This document shows, one piece after another, positions 1 to 9,600 of a DNA stretch of 64,000 bases. The stretch covers positions 13,091 to 77,090 of the forward strand of contig JAPLME010000008.1 of the NCBI GenBank assembly GCA_026387175.1, read 5' to 3'. The notes under the pieces are model-generated. The model saw nothing but the letters and a program-made list of their open reading frames with translations. It was not told the origin of the DNA and did not search any database. Position numbers and translations under genes: made by a program. This DNA comes from Candidatus Omnitrophota bacterium. Its GTDB lineage: Bacteria; Omnitrophota; Gorgyraeia; 2-01-FULL-45-10. Every line of letters starts with the position of its first letter. The first letter of the stretch is position 1.

Positions 1-635
1 AAGATTATGATGAAGCCATTAAGCGGATCAGTGTCCGGTATCTTGGAATGCCTACGGGTTCTATGCTCATATCCTGGATGAAGAGCTATGTCGGCGAAAA
101 AGGCAAAACGATAGACAATGGCGCCTCTGCCATATTAAAAGAACTCGAGGGTAATGATCTGTCTTATCTTTCGCAGGAACTGGACAAATTAGTTACATTT
201 ATAGGCTCGAGGAAAGAGATAAGCTCGGATGACGTGGAAGAGCTTGTCGGCAAAAGCCTGGTCATCTCCGCATTCGACATAACCGATGCGATAGGCCGAA
301 GGAATATAACCGATGCCATAAAGATAAGTTCGAATTTGACCTCTAACGGCAAGAAAGAATATGAGATAATAGGTATCCTCTCCTGGCACCTTAAGAGGAT
401 GTTAAAAGCCAAGACCTTAAAAGAAAGGGGCGAAAATGACTATACTATTGCCTCTATTTTAAGGATCGGCCGGAGATTTCAGGATGAGTTTTTCAGGCAG
501 CTTGCCGGATTTAATATGGGAAAGATAAGATCGAATATAGAGCTTCTGCTGCGGGCAGATCTGGATATAAAAAGATCCAAATTTAGCCCCGGAACGGTCC
601 TGGAACTCGCTCTTATAAGGTTATGCCTTCTTTAG
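1..635 (+). CDS. holA: DNA polymerase III delta subunit (HolA), C-terminal part. The 5' end lies outside the window.
   Basis: The ORF is open from the window edge. The translation shows the conserved HolA C-terminal helical-domain pattern (LSQELDKL...EISSDDVEELVG...). Confidence 0.65.
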   Translation, partial: DYDEAIKRISVRYLGMPTGSMLISWMKSYVGEKGKTIDNGASAILKELEGNDLSYLSQELDKLVTFIGSRKEISSDDVEELVGKSLVISAFDITDAIGRRNITDAIKISSNLTSNGKKEYEIIGILSWHLKRMLKAKTLKERGENDYTIASILRIGRRFQDEFFRQLAGFNMGKIRSNIELLLRADLDIKRSKFSPGTVLELALIRLCLL

Positions 636-890
636 AGATGAGAATTTCTTCATAAGGCGGGTTATCTTTCTGGATGCGGTATTACTCTTTAAAACCCCTT
701 TTGACGCGGCCTTATCTATTTTAGAAACAACCGTATTAAGCGCTTTTTTGGCTTCATCCGGTTTTTTGTCTGCTACGAGCTTTTCGAAGCCCTTGACAAG
801 GGTCCTTATTTCGGTCTTTGTGGATATGTTCTTGAAATGCCTGAGTTTGGCTTTCCTGAGCTCTTTATACGCGGTTCTTTCGATTGGCAC
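621..890 (-). CDS. rpsT: 30S ribosomal protein S20
   Basis: A basic, about 89-aa product (PIERTAYKELRKAKLRHFKN...) matches the S20 family. The likely start is the GTG at 890, preceded by AAGGAG at a 7-nt spacing. The listed ORF runs on to a TTG at 926. Confidence 0.75.
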   Translation of the reverse strand: MPIERTAYKELRKAKLRHFKNISTKTEIRTLVKGFEKLVADKKPDEAKKALNTVVSKIDKAASKGVLKSNTASRKITRLMKKFSSLKKA

Positions 891-979
891 TTTTCGACTC
901 CTTAGATTTGAAATATCTTTTATCAACTGAATTAAATCGTGTAATTATAACATTTAGGGTATTTGAGGTCAACCTTTTT

Positions 980-2518
980 ATGAGTAATAAAAGTATGATG
1001 CGTTCGACAGGCGTTATCGGCTTCGCGACGGCCCTGAGCAGGGTGTTGGGCTTTATAAGGGACATTGTATTCGCGAATTTTTTCGGCACGAGCATGATCG
1101 CCCAGGCTTTTGTAGTAGCGTTCAGGATCCCGAATACGCTTAGAGACCTTGTCGGCGAAGGGGCGATGAATTCGGCCATAGTGCCCGTCCTTTCCGAGTA
1201 TAAGGCCCTGGGAGATGAAAAAGAGTTCGTTCGCGCATCGAGGGTCCTATTCAATATATCGCTGGCAACCCTTTCGGTATTGACCGTTCTGGGTATAATA
1301 TTCTCACCTGTTATTGTCCGGGTCATGGCGCCCGGTTTTATGGCCGATCCCGAGAAATTTCAGATGACGGTCATGTTAAACCGCATGATGTTCCCGTATC
1401 TTATTGTAATAGGGCTCACAGCGTACTCGATGGGAATATTGAATTCGCTTAAGCATTTTGCCGCGCCGGCATTCGGGCCGTGCCTGATGAACCTGTTACT
1501 GATCGTCTCGACAGTATGGCTATATCCGAGGATAGGCGTGATGGGCCTTGCCATAGGAGTGCTGGCCGGGGGAGCTGTTCAACTGGCATTGAATATGCCG
1601 TTCATGTATGGACACGGGATCAGCATAAGGTTAAAAGACGGGTTCAGGCATCCGGCCGTGAAGAGGATAGGGAAATTGCTGATGCCCCGCGCGCTCGGTT
1701 CCGCCGTATATCAGATAAATATATTCGTCGATACGATACTTGCTTCTCTCTCTTCAGTGGTCGGAGCAGGCGGTGTCGCGGCATTATATTACGCGAACAG
1801 GCTCATACAATTTCCGCTGGCCATATTCGGGCTTGCGCTTGCTCAAGCCGCGCTTCCTAAGATGAGCAGGGAATTCGCTTCGAACGATATAGAGCAGATG
1901 AAGGGGACTCTTTCGTTTTCTCTTCGGACAGTTTTCTTAATAATGACGCCCGCGAGTTTTGCTCTGGCCGTGCTTGGGCTGCCCATAATAAGGATACTAT
2001 TTCAGAGGGGCGCGTTTACGGCCTATTCCACCTCCATAACCGAAAGCGCCCTCTTCTTTTACTCATTCGGATTATTATCATACGGCGGCATAAAGTTATT
2101 GGTTACTGCTTTCTATTCGATGCATGATACCAGAACCCCTGTAAAAACCGCCTTTGCGGCCGTGCTTATAAATATAACCTTTAGTCTGATATTGATGTGG
2201 CCCATGAAGCTGGGAGGATTAGCGCTAGCCACGAGCATAAGCGCAAGCTTCAACTTCATAACGCTCTACATTTTACTCAGGAATAAACTGGGTGACTTCG
2301 GTACTAAAGCCATAATCGATTCGTTCTTAAGAGTATTGGCCGCCAGCCTTGTTATGACGGCGGTCTTAAAAGCATTATCGATAATGCTGGCGCATTTAGG
2401 CCCTGTTGGTCTTTGTGTCACGATAGCGTCTGGTATGATCTCATTTCTCGCGGTCGGGTATATTATCGGCGTGAAAGAGATAAGAGGTTTTTCTACATGG
2501 ATATCAGAGAGAAGGTAA
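980..2518 (+). CDS. murJ: Lipid II flippase MurJ (MviN family)
   Basis: A polytopic membrane protein with the MurJ N-terminal signature (GFIRDIVFANFFG, RIPNTLRDL, NSAIVPV). The ATG at 980 is preceded by GAGG. Confidence 0.85.
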   Translation: MSNKSMMRSTGVIGFATALSRVLGFIRDIVFANFFGTSMIAQAFVVAFRIPNTLRDLVGEGAMNSAIVPVLSEYKALGDEKEFVRASRVLFNISLATLSVLTVLGIIFSPVIVRVMAPGFMADPEKFQMTVMLNRMMFPYLIVIGLTAYSMGILNSLKHFAAPAFGPCLMNLLLIVSTVWLYPRIGVMGLAIGVLAGGAVQLALNMPFMYGHGISIRLKDGFRHPAVKRIGKLLMPRALGSAVYQINIFVDTILASLSSVVGAGGVAALYYANRLIQFPLAIFGLALAQAALPKMSREFASNDIEQMKGTLSFSLRTVFLIMTPASFALAVLGLPIIRILFQRGAFTAYSTSITESALFFYSFGLLSYGGIKLLVTAFYSMHDTRTPVKTAFAAVLINITFSLILMWPMKLGGLALATSISASFNFITLYILLRNKLGDFGTKAIIDSFLRVLAASLVMTAVLKALSIMLAHLGPVGLCVTIASGMISFLAVGYIIGVKEIRGFSTWISERR

Positions 2519-3753
2519 GGGGGCTCCCCGTATCGCCGGGAGTATATATAATGAAGGACTCGTCCGGCAGTGTCCTTTATGTGGGGAAAGCGATAAATTT
2601 AAGGAAGAGAGCCTCTAGCTATTTTTATCCGCATCGTGCGCTTGCCGAAAGGACCAGGGTTATGGCCGGCAAGGTGGCGGATATAGCGTATATCGGAACA
2701 TCGACGGAGGCAGAGGCGCTCATATATGAAAATAGCCTTATCAAACAGCTTGCGCCTAAGTACAACGTCGCGCTGAAAGATGATAAGAGCTACCCGAGGC
2801 TGAAACTTACCATGAACGAAGAATTTCCCCGTTTATTAATTACGCGCAAGAAGGCCGATGACGAAGCGCTCTATTACGGCCCTTATACAAGCGCGAAGCT
2901 TCTTAGGGAAGCGCTCGTAATGCTTCGCAGGATGTTTCCGCTCCGTACATGTGTCAGGATGCCCAAGAGTGTCTGTCTGAATTATCATATTAAGCAGTGT
3001 CCGGGCCCGTGCGCGAAGAAAGTGGACTGGAAGAGTTACATGGATACGGTTGCGGAACTTAAGTTATTCCTTGAAGGAGACAGGTCAGCCCTTATAAAAC
3101 ATCTGGCTGGGAAGATGATGGAGGCCTCAAAAAGAGAGGACTATGAAGAGGCGGGCCGGTTAAAAGCCAGGATAGAGGCCCTGAGCTCGATCAAAGAGAA
3201 AGCGATAAGCTATCTGCCTCGCGAGGAGGTTGAAGAGCTAAGGGACATGCTCGGCATAAAGGGATCGATCGAGATCATAGAGGCATTTGACGTGTCGAAT
3301 ATAATGGGTGAGGCCGCTGTAGGGTCTATGGTCTATTTTTATAAAGGCAGGCCCAGGAAGAGCGAGTATAGAAGGTTCAAGATAAAAAATGTGACGGGAG
3401 TGGATGATTATTCGATGATGCGCGAGATCGTAAGGCGGCGCTACTCTCGGTTGCTTAATGAAAACAAGAGATTGCCCGATCTTATCCTGATAGACGGCGG
3501 CAAGGGCCACCTGGCTGCTGCGTCAGTAGAATTGACGAGGTTGGGGCTCTCGGATATACCGATAATCGGTCTGGCGAAAGAATTTGAGCATATATATTCG
3601 AAAGAGAGGCCCGACCCGATAATACTGCCGAGAGATTCCAAGGCGCTGCACCTATTGGAGCGCATACGCAATGAGGCCCATCGCTTTGCTATCACATACC
3701 ATAAGCATGTTCGCTCACGGAAGATATTACCGGGATTTAGGAGGCATAGATGA
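2497..3753 (+). CDS. uvrC: Excinuclease ABC subunit C-like protein. It has the GIY-YIG, Cys-rich, UvrB-interacting and RNase-H-like endonuclease domains but lacks the C-terminal (HhH)2 domain.
   Basis: N-terminal GIY-YIG motif (GVYIMKDSSGSVLYVGKAINLRKR) and a CPGPC Cys cluster are present. The C-terminal endonuclease domain is recognisable (LILIDGGKGHL...NEAHRFAITYH). The product is only 418 aa and ends right after the RNase-H-like domain. Confidence 0.75.
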   Translation: MDIREKVRGLPVSPGVYIMKDSSGSVLYVGKAINLRKRASSYFYPHRALAERTRVMAGKVADIAYIGTSTEAEALIYENSLIKQLAPKYNVALKDDKSYPRLKLTMNEEFPRLLITRKKADDEALYYGPYTSAKLLREALVMLRRMFPLRTCVRMPKSVCLNYHIKQCPGPCAKKVDWKSYMDTVAELKLFLEGDRSALIKHLAGKMMEASKREDYEEAGRLKARIEALSSIKEKAISYLPREEVEELRDMLGIKGSIEIIEAFDVSNIMGEAAVGSMVYFYKGRPRKSEYRRFKIKNVTGVDDYSMMREIVRRRYSRLLNENKRLPDLILIDGGKGHLAAASVELTRLGLSDIPIIGLAKEFEHIYSKERPDPIILPRDSKALHLLERIRNEAHRFAITYHKHVRSRKILPGFRRHR

Positions 3754-4028
3754 TAAGCGATTTTGAACGCAAAGTGTACAGAGCGACCCTTGATATTCCA
3801 AAAGGCGAAACCCGTTCGTATAAATGGATTGCCGCACGAATAGGAAAACCCCGCTCGTCAAGGGCGGTTGGTAACGCCCTCAATAAGAATCCGTATTCTG
3901 GAATCGTGCCGTGCCATAGGGTGGTGAGGTCGGACCATTCCATAGGCGGGTTCGCTAAAGGCCCTGCTCTGAAGCGTAAGATGCTGGAGCGTGAAGGCGT
4001 TGACTTGAGCCTGTTTAAGCTGTTATAA
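3750..4028 (+). CDS. Minimal (92 aa) O6-alkylguanine-DNA alkyltransferase-like protein. It has only the MGMT C-terminal DNA-binding domain, with the active-site PCHRV retained.
   Basis: PCHRV active-site motif and the helix-turn-helix region (RSYKWIAARIGKPRSSRAVGNAL) are present. The start overlaps the UvrC stop (ATGA) and AGGAGG sits 5 nt upstream. Confidence 0.6.
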   Translation: MISDFERKVYRATLDIPKGETRSYKWIAARIGKPRSSRAVGNALNKNPYSGIVPCHRVVRSDHSIGGFAKGPALKRKMLEREGVDLSLFKLL

Positions 4029-4054
4029 TCATCGAAAAGGAGATTTGCGCCCAA

Positions 4055-5150
4055 ATGATAGAAGAGTTGAAAGAAGCCATCAAGACGATCGAAGAGAAGC
4101 TGAATAACCTAAGAGGTTATCTTTGACGTCGACCTTAAAGATAAGAGGATAAAAGAGCTCGAGGCCGAGATATCCGGCTCCGATTTTTGGAATGATGAGG
4201 CGCATGCCAAAGAAGTTATTAAGAATTTAAAGGACTTCAAATCTACAGCCGATCCCTTCCTTAAGATAGCAAATGAATTCAAAGACATAAAGGAGATCGT
4301 AAGCATCGCCGGGCCGGACGACCAGGAGTCTTTAAAACATTTCAGGGACGAGTTGACGAAGCTCTCCGGGAAGCTCGACCGCCTTGAGTTTAACAGCTGG
4401 CTTTCTGAGGATGCGGACAGAAATAATGCCATACTCAGCATAAATGCCGGAGCCGGCGGAACGGAATCCTGCGATTGGGCAGAGATGCTCCTCAGGATGT
4501 ATTATAAATGGGCTGAAGGAAAGGGTTACACGATAGATACGATAGATCAGATGCAGGGCGAAGAGGCGGGGATAAAGAGCGTAACCGTTATGATAAAAGG
4601 GGATTATGCTTTCGGCCTTTTGAAGTCGGAATCAGGTGTCCACCGCCTTGTCAGGATATCGCCGTTCGATTCGAACAAACGGCGGCATACCTCGTTCGCA
4701 TCGGTCGACGTAATTCCGGAGATATCGGACGATATCCAGATAGATATAAAAGAGCCGGATCTTAAAATAGACACATACAGGGCCGGCGGCAAGGGCGGAC
4801 AGCATGTAAACAAAACAGACTCTGCGGTCCGTATCACGCACATACCCAGCGGTATCGTTGTCCAATGCCAGAATGAAAGATCGCAGTTTAAAAATAAGCA
4901 GGTCTCCATGAAGATACTGAAGGCGAAATTATACGAAAGGGAGAGGCAGAAGAAAGTGAAGAAGATCGAGAGCGCCTACGAGGCAAAGAAGGAGATAGCG
5001 TGGGGAAGCCAGATACGGTCTTATGTGCTGCATCCTTATTCGATGGTTAAGGACCATAGGACGGATTGCGAGACGGGTAACGCGCAGGCCGTCTTGGACG
5101 GGAAGATAGATAATTTCATAGAAGCATACCTTAAGATGACGAAAAATTAG
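4055..5150 (+). CDS. prfB: Peptide chain release factor 2, with a programmed +1 ribosomal frameshift at the CTT TGA C site (4121-4127).
   Basis: A short frame-1 ORF (ATG 4055) ends at an in-frame TGA at 4124-4126 inside the canonical CTT-TGA-C shift site. An SD-like AGAGG lies just upstream. The downstream frame carries the RF2 core ([38 protein letters not shown]). Confidence 0.85.
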
Positions 5151-5158
5151 AGGCGAAA

Positions 5159-7909
5159 ATGGTAAATTTTATATTGAAGAAGATAATCGGCACACAGAAC
5201 GAGAGAGCGCTGAAGGACGTCAGGCCGGTCGTCGAACAGATAAACTCGCTGGAGAGCGCGGTCTCGGGATTATCCGATACTGATCTCCGCAATAAGACGG
5301 CCGAGTTTAAGATAAAGATAGCGGAGAAGTATAAAGACTTGAGAGAAGAGCTCGAGGAGATTGACGCCGCTTACAAGGCGGCGACATCACCGGGTGAGAA
5401 GGAGAAATTCAGGCGTAAGTACAGAGATGTTAAGAATGGCATATTCGAAGAGGTGCTACCCGAGGCCTTTGCGGTCGTGCGCGAGGCATCTAAAAGGACC
5501 GTCAAGATGCGCCATTTTGATGTGCAGCTGATGGGAGGCTTGGTCCTGCATCGGGGGAAGATTGCCGAAATGGCCACAGGAGAGGGAAAGACGCTTGTCG
5601 CGACGCTGCCTGTCTATCTGAACGCGCTTACGGGCGAAGGAGTGCATGTAGTCACGGTGAATGATTATCTGGCCAAGAGAGACCGTAACTGGATGGGGCC
5701 GATTTATGAATTTCTGGGCTTGAGCGTAGGGACCATACAGCATGATATGGACCAGCGTTCAAGAAAAGAGGCCTATGCCTGCGATGTGACATATGGAACG
5801 AACAACGAGTTCGGTTTCGATTATCTCAGGGATAATATGGTCATACATAAAGACGACATGGTTCAGCGCCCTTTAAATTACGCGATAGTGGACGAGGTTG
5901 ATTCTATACTCATAGATGAATCAAGGACTCCGCTCATCATATCGGGGCCGGCCGAAGAATCCACCGATAAGTATTATATAATCAACAAGATAGTGCCGAA
6001 ATTGAAAGGCAAGACGATAACCGACAAGGAAGAGATCGAGGCAAAACATAAAGGGCTCGATATAGAGAAGGGCATAGATTATGTGGTGAACGAAAAGAAC
6101 CATACGGTCAACCTTACCGAAGAGGGAGTGGTCCGCTGCCAGGATCTGATCGGCGTCAAGAACCTATATGAGGATATCCAGTCCGAGTGGGAACACCACA
6201 TAAGGCAGGCCATAAGGGCGCATGCGCTTTATGAGAAAGACGTCGATTATGTCGTGAAAGACGGCGAAGTTATGATCGTCGACGAGTTTACCGGGCGCCT
6301 TATGCCGGGGAGGAGATGGTCCGACGGCCTGCATCAGGCTGTTGAGGCTAAGGAGAACGTGAAGATAGAGAGGGAGAACCAGACCCTCGCCACGATAACA
6401 TTTCAAAATTATTTCAGGATGTACAAGAAGCTTGCCGGTATGACCGGTACTGCGGAGACCGAGGCCGTCGAGTTCGGAAGGATATACGGCCTTGACGTAG
6501 TGGTGATGCCGACCAACAGGCCGATGAAAAGGGCCAATCATCCCGATGTCATATATAAAACGGAGCGGGAGAAATTTAACGCGGTTTGCAATGAGATAGC
6601 CCAGCTTCATCAGGCCGGAAGGCCGGTCCTGGTCGGAACCATTTCGATCGAGAAGTCGGAGCACTTGAGCGGCTTGTTGAAGCGGATGAGCGTGCCGCAC
6701 CATGTGCTGAACGCGAAGTACCATGAGATGGAAGCCGAGATAATCGCGAAGGCCGGACAGAAATACAGCGTAACGATCGCGACCAACATGGCGGGCCGCG
6801 GCACGGATATTGTGCTGGGCGAATCGGTCGCGAACCTCGGCGGCCTTCATGTGCTCGGCACGGAACGGCACGAGGCTCGGCGCATCGATAATCAGCTGCG
6901 CGGCCGATCAGGCAGACAGGGCGATCCGGGCTCGAGCCGGTTCTACCTCTCATTGGAAGATGATCTTATGAGGATATTCGGCTCGGACAAGATAAAGGCG
7001 GTCATGGAGAGGATGGGGATGGAAGAGGGACAGGATATCCAGCATCCTTTCATAACGAAGGCCATTGAGACCGCCCAGAAGCGGGTCGAATCGCATAACT
7101 TTGAAATACGAAAACATCTTCTCGAATACGATAATGTGATGAATAAGCAGAGAGAGGTAATTTACGATGAGCGCCGCAAGGTGCTTTTCGGCGATGACCT
7201 TAAAGAATATATATACGAGATAATGGAAGAGGTCCTGGATGGCGCGCTCGAGACATATGTAAATGAGAAGATGAGCGCCGATAACTGGGATTTTGAGGGA
7301 TTTAGGCAATATCTGGATTCAAGATTCGCGCTTAAGACAGGAGGCCTGAATCTCGAAGAGATGAGAGTCCCGGAGATACGGGATGTTTTGCTGGAAAAGT
7401 TAAGAGCCTCTTACGAAGAGAAGGAGAAGGAGCTCGGTCCGGAGATGGCCAGATACCTCGAAAGGATGATATTGCTTCAAGTGGTCGATACGAGATGGAA
7501 GGACCATCTCTACGCCATGGATGCTTTGAGGGAAGGTATAGGCTTAAGGGCTTACGGCCAGCGAGATCCTTTGATAGAGTATCAGCATGAAGGCTACAAT
7601 ATGTTCATGGACATGATAAATCGTATTAAGGAAGAGGTGGTCGAATATCTTTTCAAAGTAAAAGCCGTAAAGGAAACAAAGAAGGAGTCTTCGGTGTTTG
7701 ACTTCTCGAAACAGCAGCTTATGCATGAAGAGAAGACTCAGTTCGCTGATTCACTGGCACAAGCTGATCCCGAAGCCGCCGCGAACTATTCAGGGCAGTT
7801 GCCGGAACAACACACCGTCCCTTTCAAGAGAGAAGAGCCTAAGGTCGGCAGAAACGATCCGTGCCCGTGCGGGAGCGGAAAGAAATACAAAAAATGCTGC
7901 GGAAGATAG
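5159..7909 (+). CDS. secA: Preprotein translocase ATPase SecA
   Basis: Full-length SecA with a DEAD-like motor ([10 protein letters not shown]) and the C-terminal Zn-finger [14 protein letters not shown]. Confidence 0.95.
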   Translation: MVNFILKKIIGTQNERALKDVRPVVEQINSLESAVSGLSDTDLRNKTAEFKIKIAEKYKDLREELEEIDAAYKAATSPGEKEKFRRKYRDVKNGIFEEVLPEAFAVVREASKRTVKMRHFDVQLMGGLVLHRGKIAEMATGEGKTLVATLPVYLNALTGEGVHVVTVNDYLAKRDRNWMGPIYEFLGLSVGTIQHDMDQRSRKEAYACDVTYGTNNEFGFDYLRDNMVIHKDDMVQRPLNYAIVDEVDSILIDESRTPLIISGPAEESTDKYYIINKIVPKLKGKTITDKEEIEAKHKGLDIEKGIDYVVNEKNHTVNLTEEGVVRCQDLIGVKNLYEDIQSEWEHHIRQAIRAHALYEKDVDYVVKDGEVMIVDEFTGRLMPGRRWSDGLHQAVEAKENVKIERENQTLATITFQNYFRMYKKLAGMTGTAETEAVEFGRIYGLDVVVMPTNRPMKRANHPDVIYKTEREKFNAVCNEIAQLHQAGRPVLVGTISIEKSEHLSGLLKRMSVPHHVLNAKYHEMEAEIIAKAGQKYSVTIATNMAGRGTDIVLGESVANLGGLHVLGTERHEARRIDNQLRGRSGRQGDPGSSRFYLSLEDDLMRIFGSDKIKAVMERMGMEEGQDIQHPFITKAIETAQKRVESHNFEIRKHLLEYDNVMNKQREVIYDERRKVLFGDDLKEYIYEIMEEVLDGALETYVNEKMSADNWDFEGFRQYLDSRFALKTGGLNLEEMRVPEIRDVLLEKLRASYEEKEKELGPEMARYLERMILLQVVDTRWKDHLYAMDALREGIGLRAYGQRDPLIEYQHEGYNMFMDMINRIKEEVVEYLFKVKAVKETKKESSVFDFSKQQLMHEEKTQFADSLAQADPEAAANYSGQLPEQHTVPFKREEPKVGRNDPCPCGSGKKYKKCCGR

Positions 7910-7911
7910 GA

Positions 7912-9447
7912 ATGCGGATATTTCTTGCCACACTCTCTTCGACCCTGCTTATAATATCATTCCCTGATTACAATTTATGGTTATTTGCCTGGGCGGCCCT
8001 TGTGCCGCTATTCTTCGCTGTCGAAGGGCAAAAGCCGTTAAGGGCATTCGCGGCGGCCTATTTTACCGGGGTGTTGTTTTTCTTCGGGACCGTATATTGG
8101 CTGATACATGTAACTCTCCCCGGGATGGTAGCGGCCATTTTATACCTGGCTGTCTACTTTGGCATATTCGGGCTTATTATTTCGCCGGCCGTTTCCTGTC
8201 CATCGCACCTATCGTTATTTGTGATCCCTTCTGTATGGACGGCGCTTGAATATTTCAGATCGCATGTCTTTAGCGGCTTCGGATGGAATCTTCTGGCCCA
8301 CTCTCAAAGTCACAATCTTCCGATGATACAGATAGCGGATACCGTGGGCAGTTACGGCGTAAGCTTTCTTATAGTCCTGGTTAACACCGCCATATTCTTC
8401 ACTATTAAAGACATGCGGAAGAGGAAGTACTCGACGCTTTATCCAGTTATTGCCCTTGCATTCGTATTTCTTGCCGCCGGATACGGTGTATTGAGGTTAA
8501 ATAATATCTTTACGGGCCAGCGGCTTAAGGTCGCCGTGGTGCAGGGTAACATAGCTCAGGATGAAAAATGGGATTCCGCGTTCCGGCAGTCGATAATAGA
8601 TAAGTACGAGGCGCTGACCGCGGCCGCGGCAAAAAATTCTCCCGATCTTATCGTATGGCCCGAGTCATCGGTTCCTGGTTTTCTTGAGACAGAAGAAGAC
8701 CTGTTTCAGCGGGTTACGGGAGCGGCAAGAAGTGCACATGCCGCCCTGCTGGTCGGAGAGCCAAGACAGGGATCCGGCGGCGAAGATGTCTATTACAACA
8801 GCGCCACGCTATTCGATAAAGACGGAAAGTTGTTGGACAGTTATGATAAGATCCATCTCGTTCCTTTTGGTGAGTTCATTCCGGCTAAGAATATATTTTC
8901 ATTTGTAGAAAAATTCACAAAGGCGACCATAGGGGATTTCTCGCCCGGCAAAGAATATACGGTCTTTAAATTTATCGTGCAGCGGAACCTGAAGACCGAC
9001 GATTATAATTGGAAGCTCGTAAAGAAGGTGAAGTTCGCCGCCCTGATATGTTTTGAGGATATATTTCCTGAGATTTCCAGACAGTTTGTGAAGAACGGCG
9101 CCAACTTTCTTGTAAATATCACCAATGACGCCTGGTTCGGGAATTCGTGCGCGCCGAATCAGCACGTTCAAAGTTCCGTATTCAGGGCCGTGGAGAACAG
9201 GGTCAACGTTGTAAGGGCCGCCAACACTGGAGTCTCCTGCTTCATAGACCAGAAGGGCAGGATCACCGGCTCGGTGAGTTCTGAAGGCAAGAGTACATTT
9301 GTCGATGGCTTTAAAGTTGATGATATTGTCCTCACTAATACAAGGACGTTTTATACGATTTACGGTGACCTATTTGCATATCTATGTATATTGGTTGCTG
9401 CTCTGTATCTATTTTCCCTCGCTGTGCCTCAAATCAAAAAACTGTAA
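7912..9447 (+). CDS. lnt: Apolipoprotein N-acyltransferase Lnt
   Basis: N-terminal multi-TM region followed by a CN-hydrolase domain (VVQGNIAQDEKW, LICFEDIFPE). The start is placed at the ATG at 7912, just after the secA stop. An alternative start is 7894. Confidence 0.8.
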   Translation: MRIFLATLSSTLLIISFPDYNLWLFAWAALVPLFFAVEGQKPLRAFAAAYFTGVLFFFGTVYWLIHVTLPGMVAAILYLAVYFGIFGLIISPAVSCPSHLSLFVIPSVWTALEYFRSHVFSGFGWNLLAHSQSHNLPMIQIADTVGSYGVSFLIVLVNTAIFFTIKDMRKRKYSTLYPVIALAFVFLAAGYGVLRLNNIFTGQRLKVAVVQGNIAQDEKWDSAFRQSIIDKYEALTAAAAKNSPDLIVWPESSVPGFLETEEDLFQRVTGAARSAHAALLVGEPRQGSGGEDVYYNSATLFDKDGKLLDSYDKIHLVPFGEFIPAKNIFSFVEKFTKATIGDFSPGKEYTVFKFIVQRNLKTDDYNWKLVKKVKFAALICFEDIFPEISRQFVKNGANFLVNITNDAWFGNSCAPNQHVQSSVFRAVENRVNVVRAANTGVSCFIDQKGRITGSVSSEGKSTFVDGFKVDDIVLTNTRTFYTIYGDLFAYLCILVAALYLFSLAVPQIKKL

Positions 9448-9544
9448 CGGCCCAGCCACCAGAATTACCCCCGTCGTTATTGCGATCCCGCCCGCAGTTT
9501 TCCTATAGGCGGGAGAAGCAATCTCAACAATGTTAGGCAGAAAA

Positions 9545-9590
9545 AAGATAGCTATCTTTCTATTAATTTAACATAAATATATGATATAAT
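9545..9590 (+). promoter_or_regulatory. Perfect 14-bp palindrome AAGATAGCTATCTT (9545-9558) followed by an extended -10 TGaTATAAT (9582-9590), directly upstream of the 1475-aa ORF.
   Basis: Read directly from the sequence. The ATG at 9601 is about 10 nt after the -10 and has no SD, which suggests a leaderless transcript or a start further downstream. Confidence 0.4.
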
Positions 9591-9600
9591 CTCTCTACAT

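Noticed and set aside
1480-1860. 126-aa plus-strand ORF in an alternative frame inside murJ.
   Set aside because: It is embedded in the well-supported murJ frame and is Arg-rich nonsense with no recognisable motifs.
6164-6953. Antisense ORFs of 235 aa and 125 aa inside secA.
   Set aside because: They are completely overlapped by the strongly supported secA reading frame. Their Arg/Pro-rich low-complexity translations are typical of GC-rich antisense frames.
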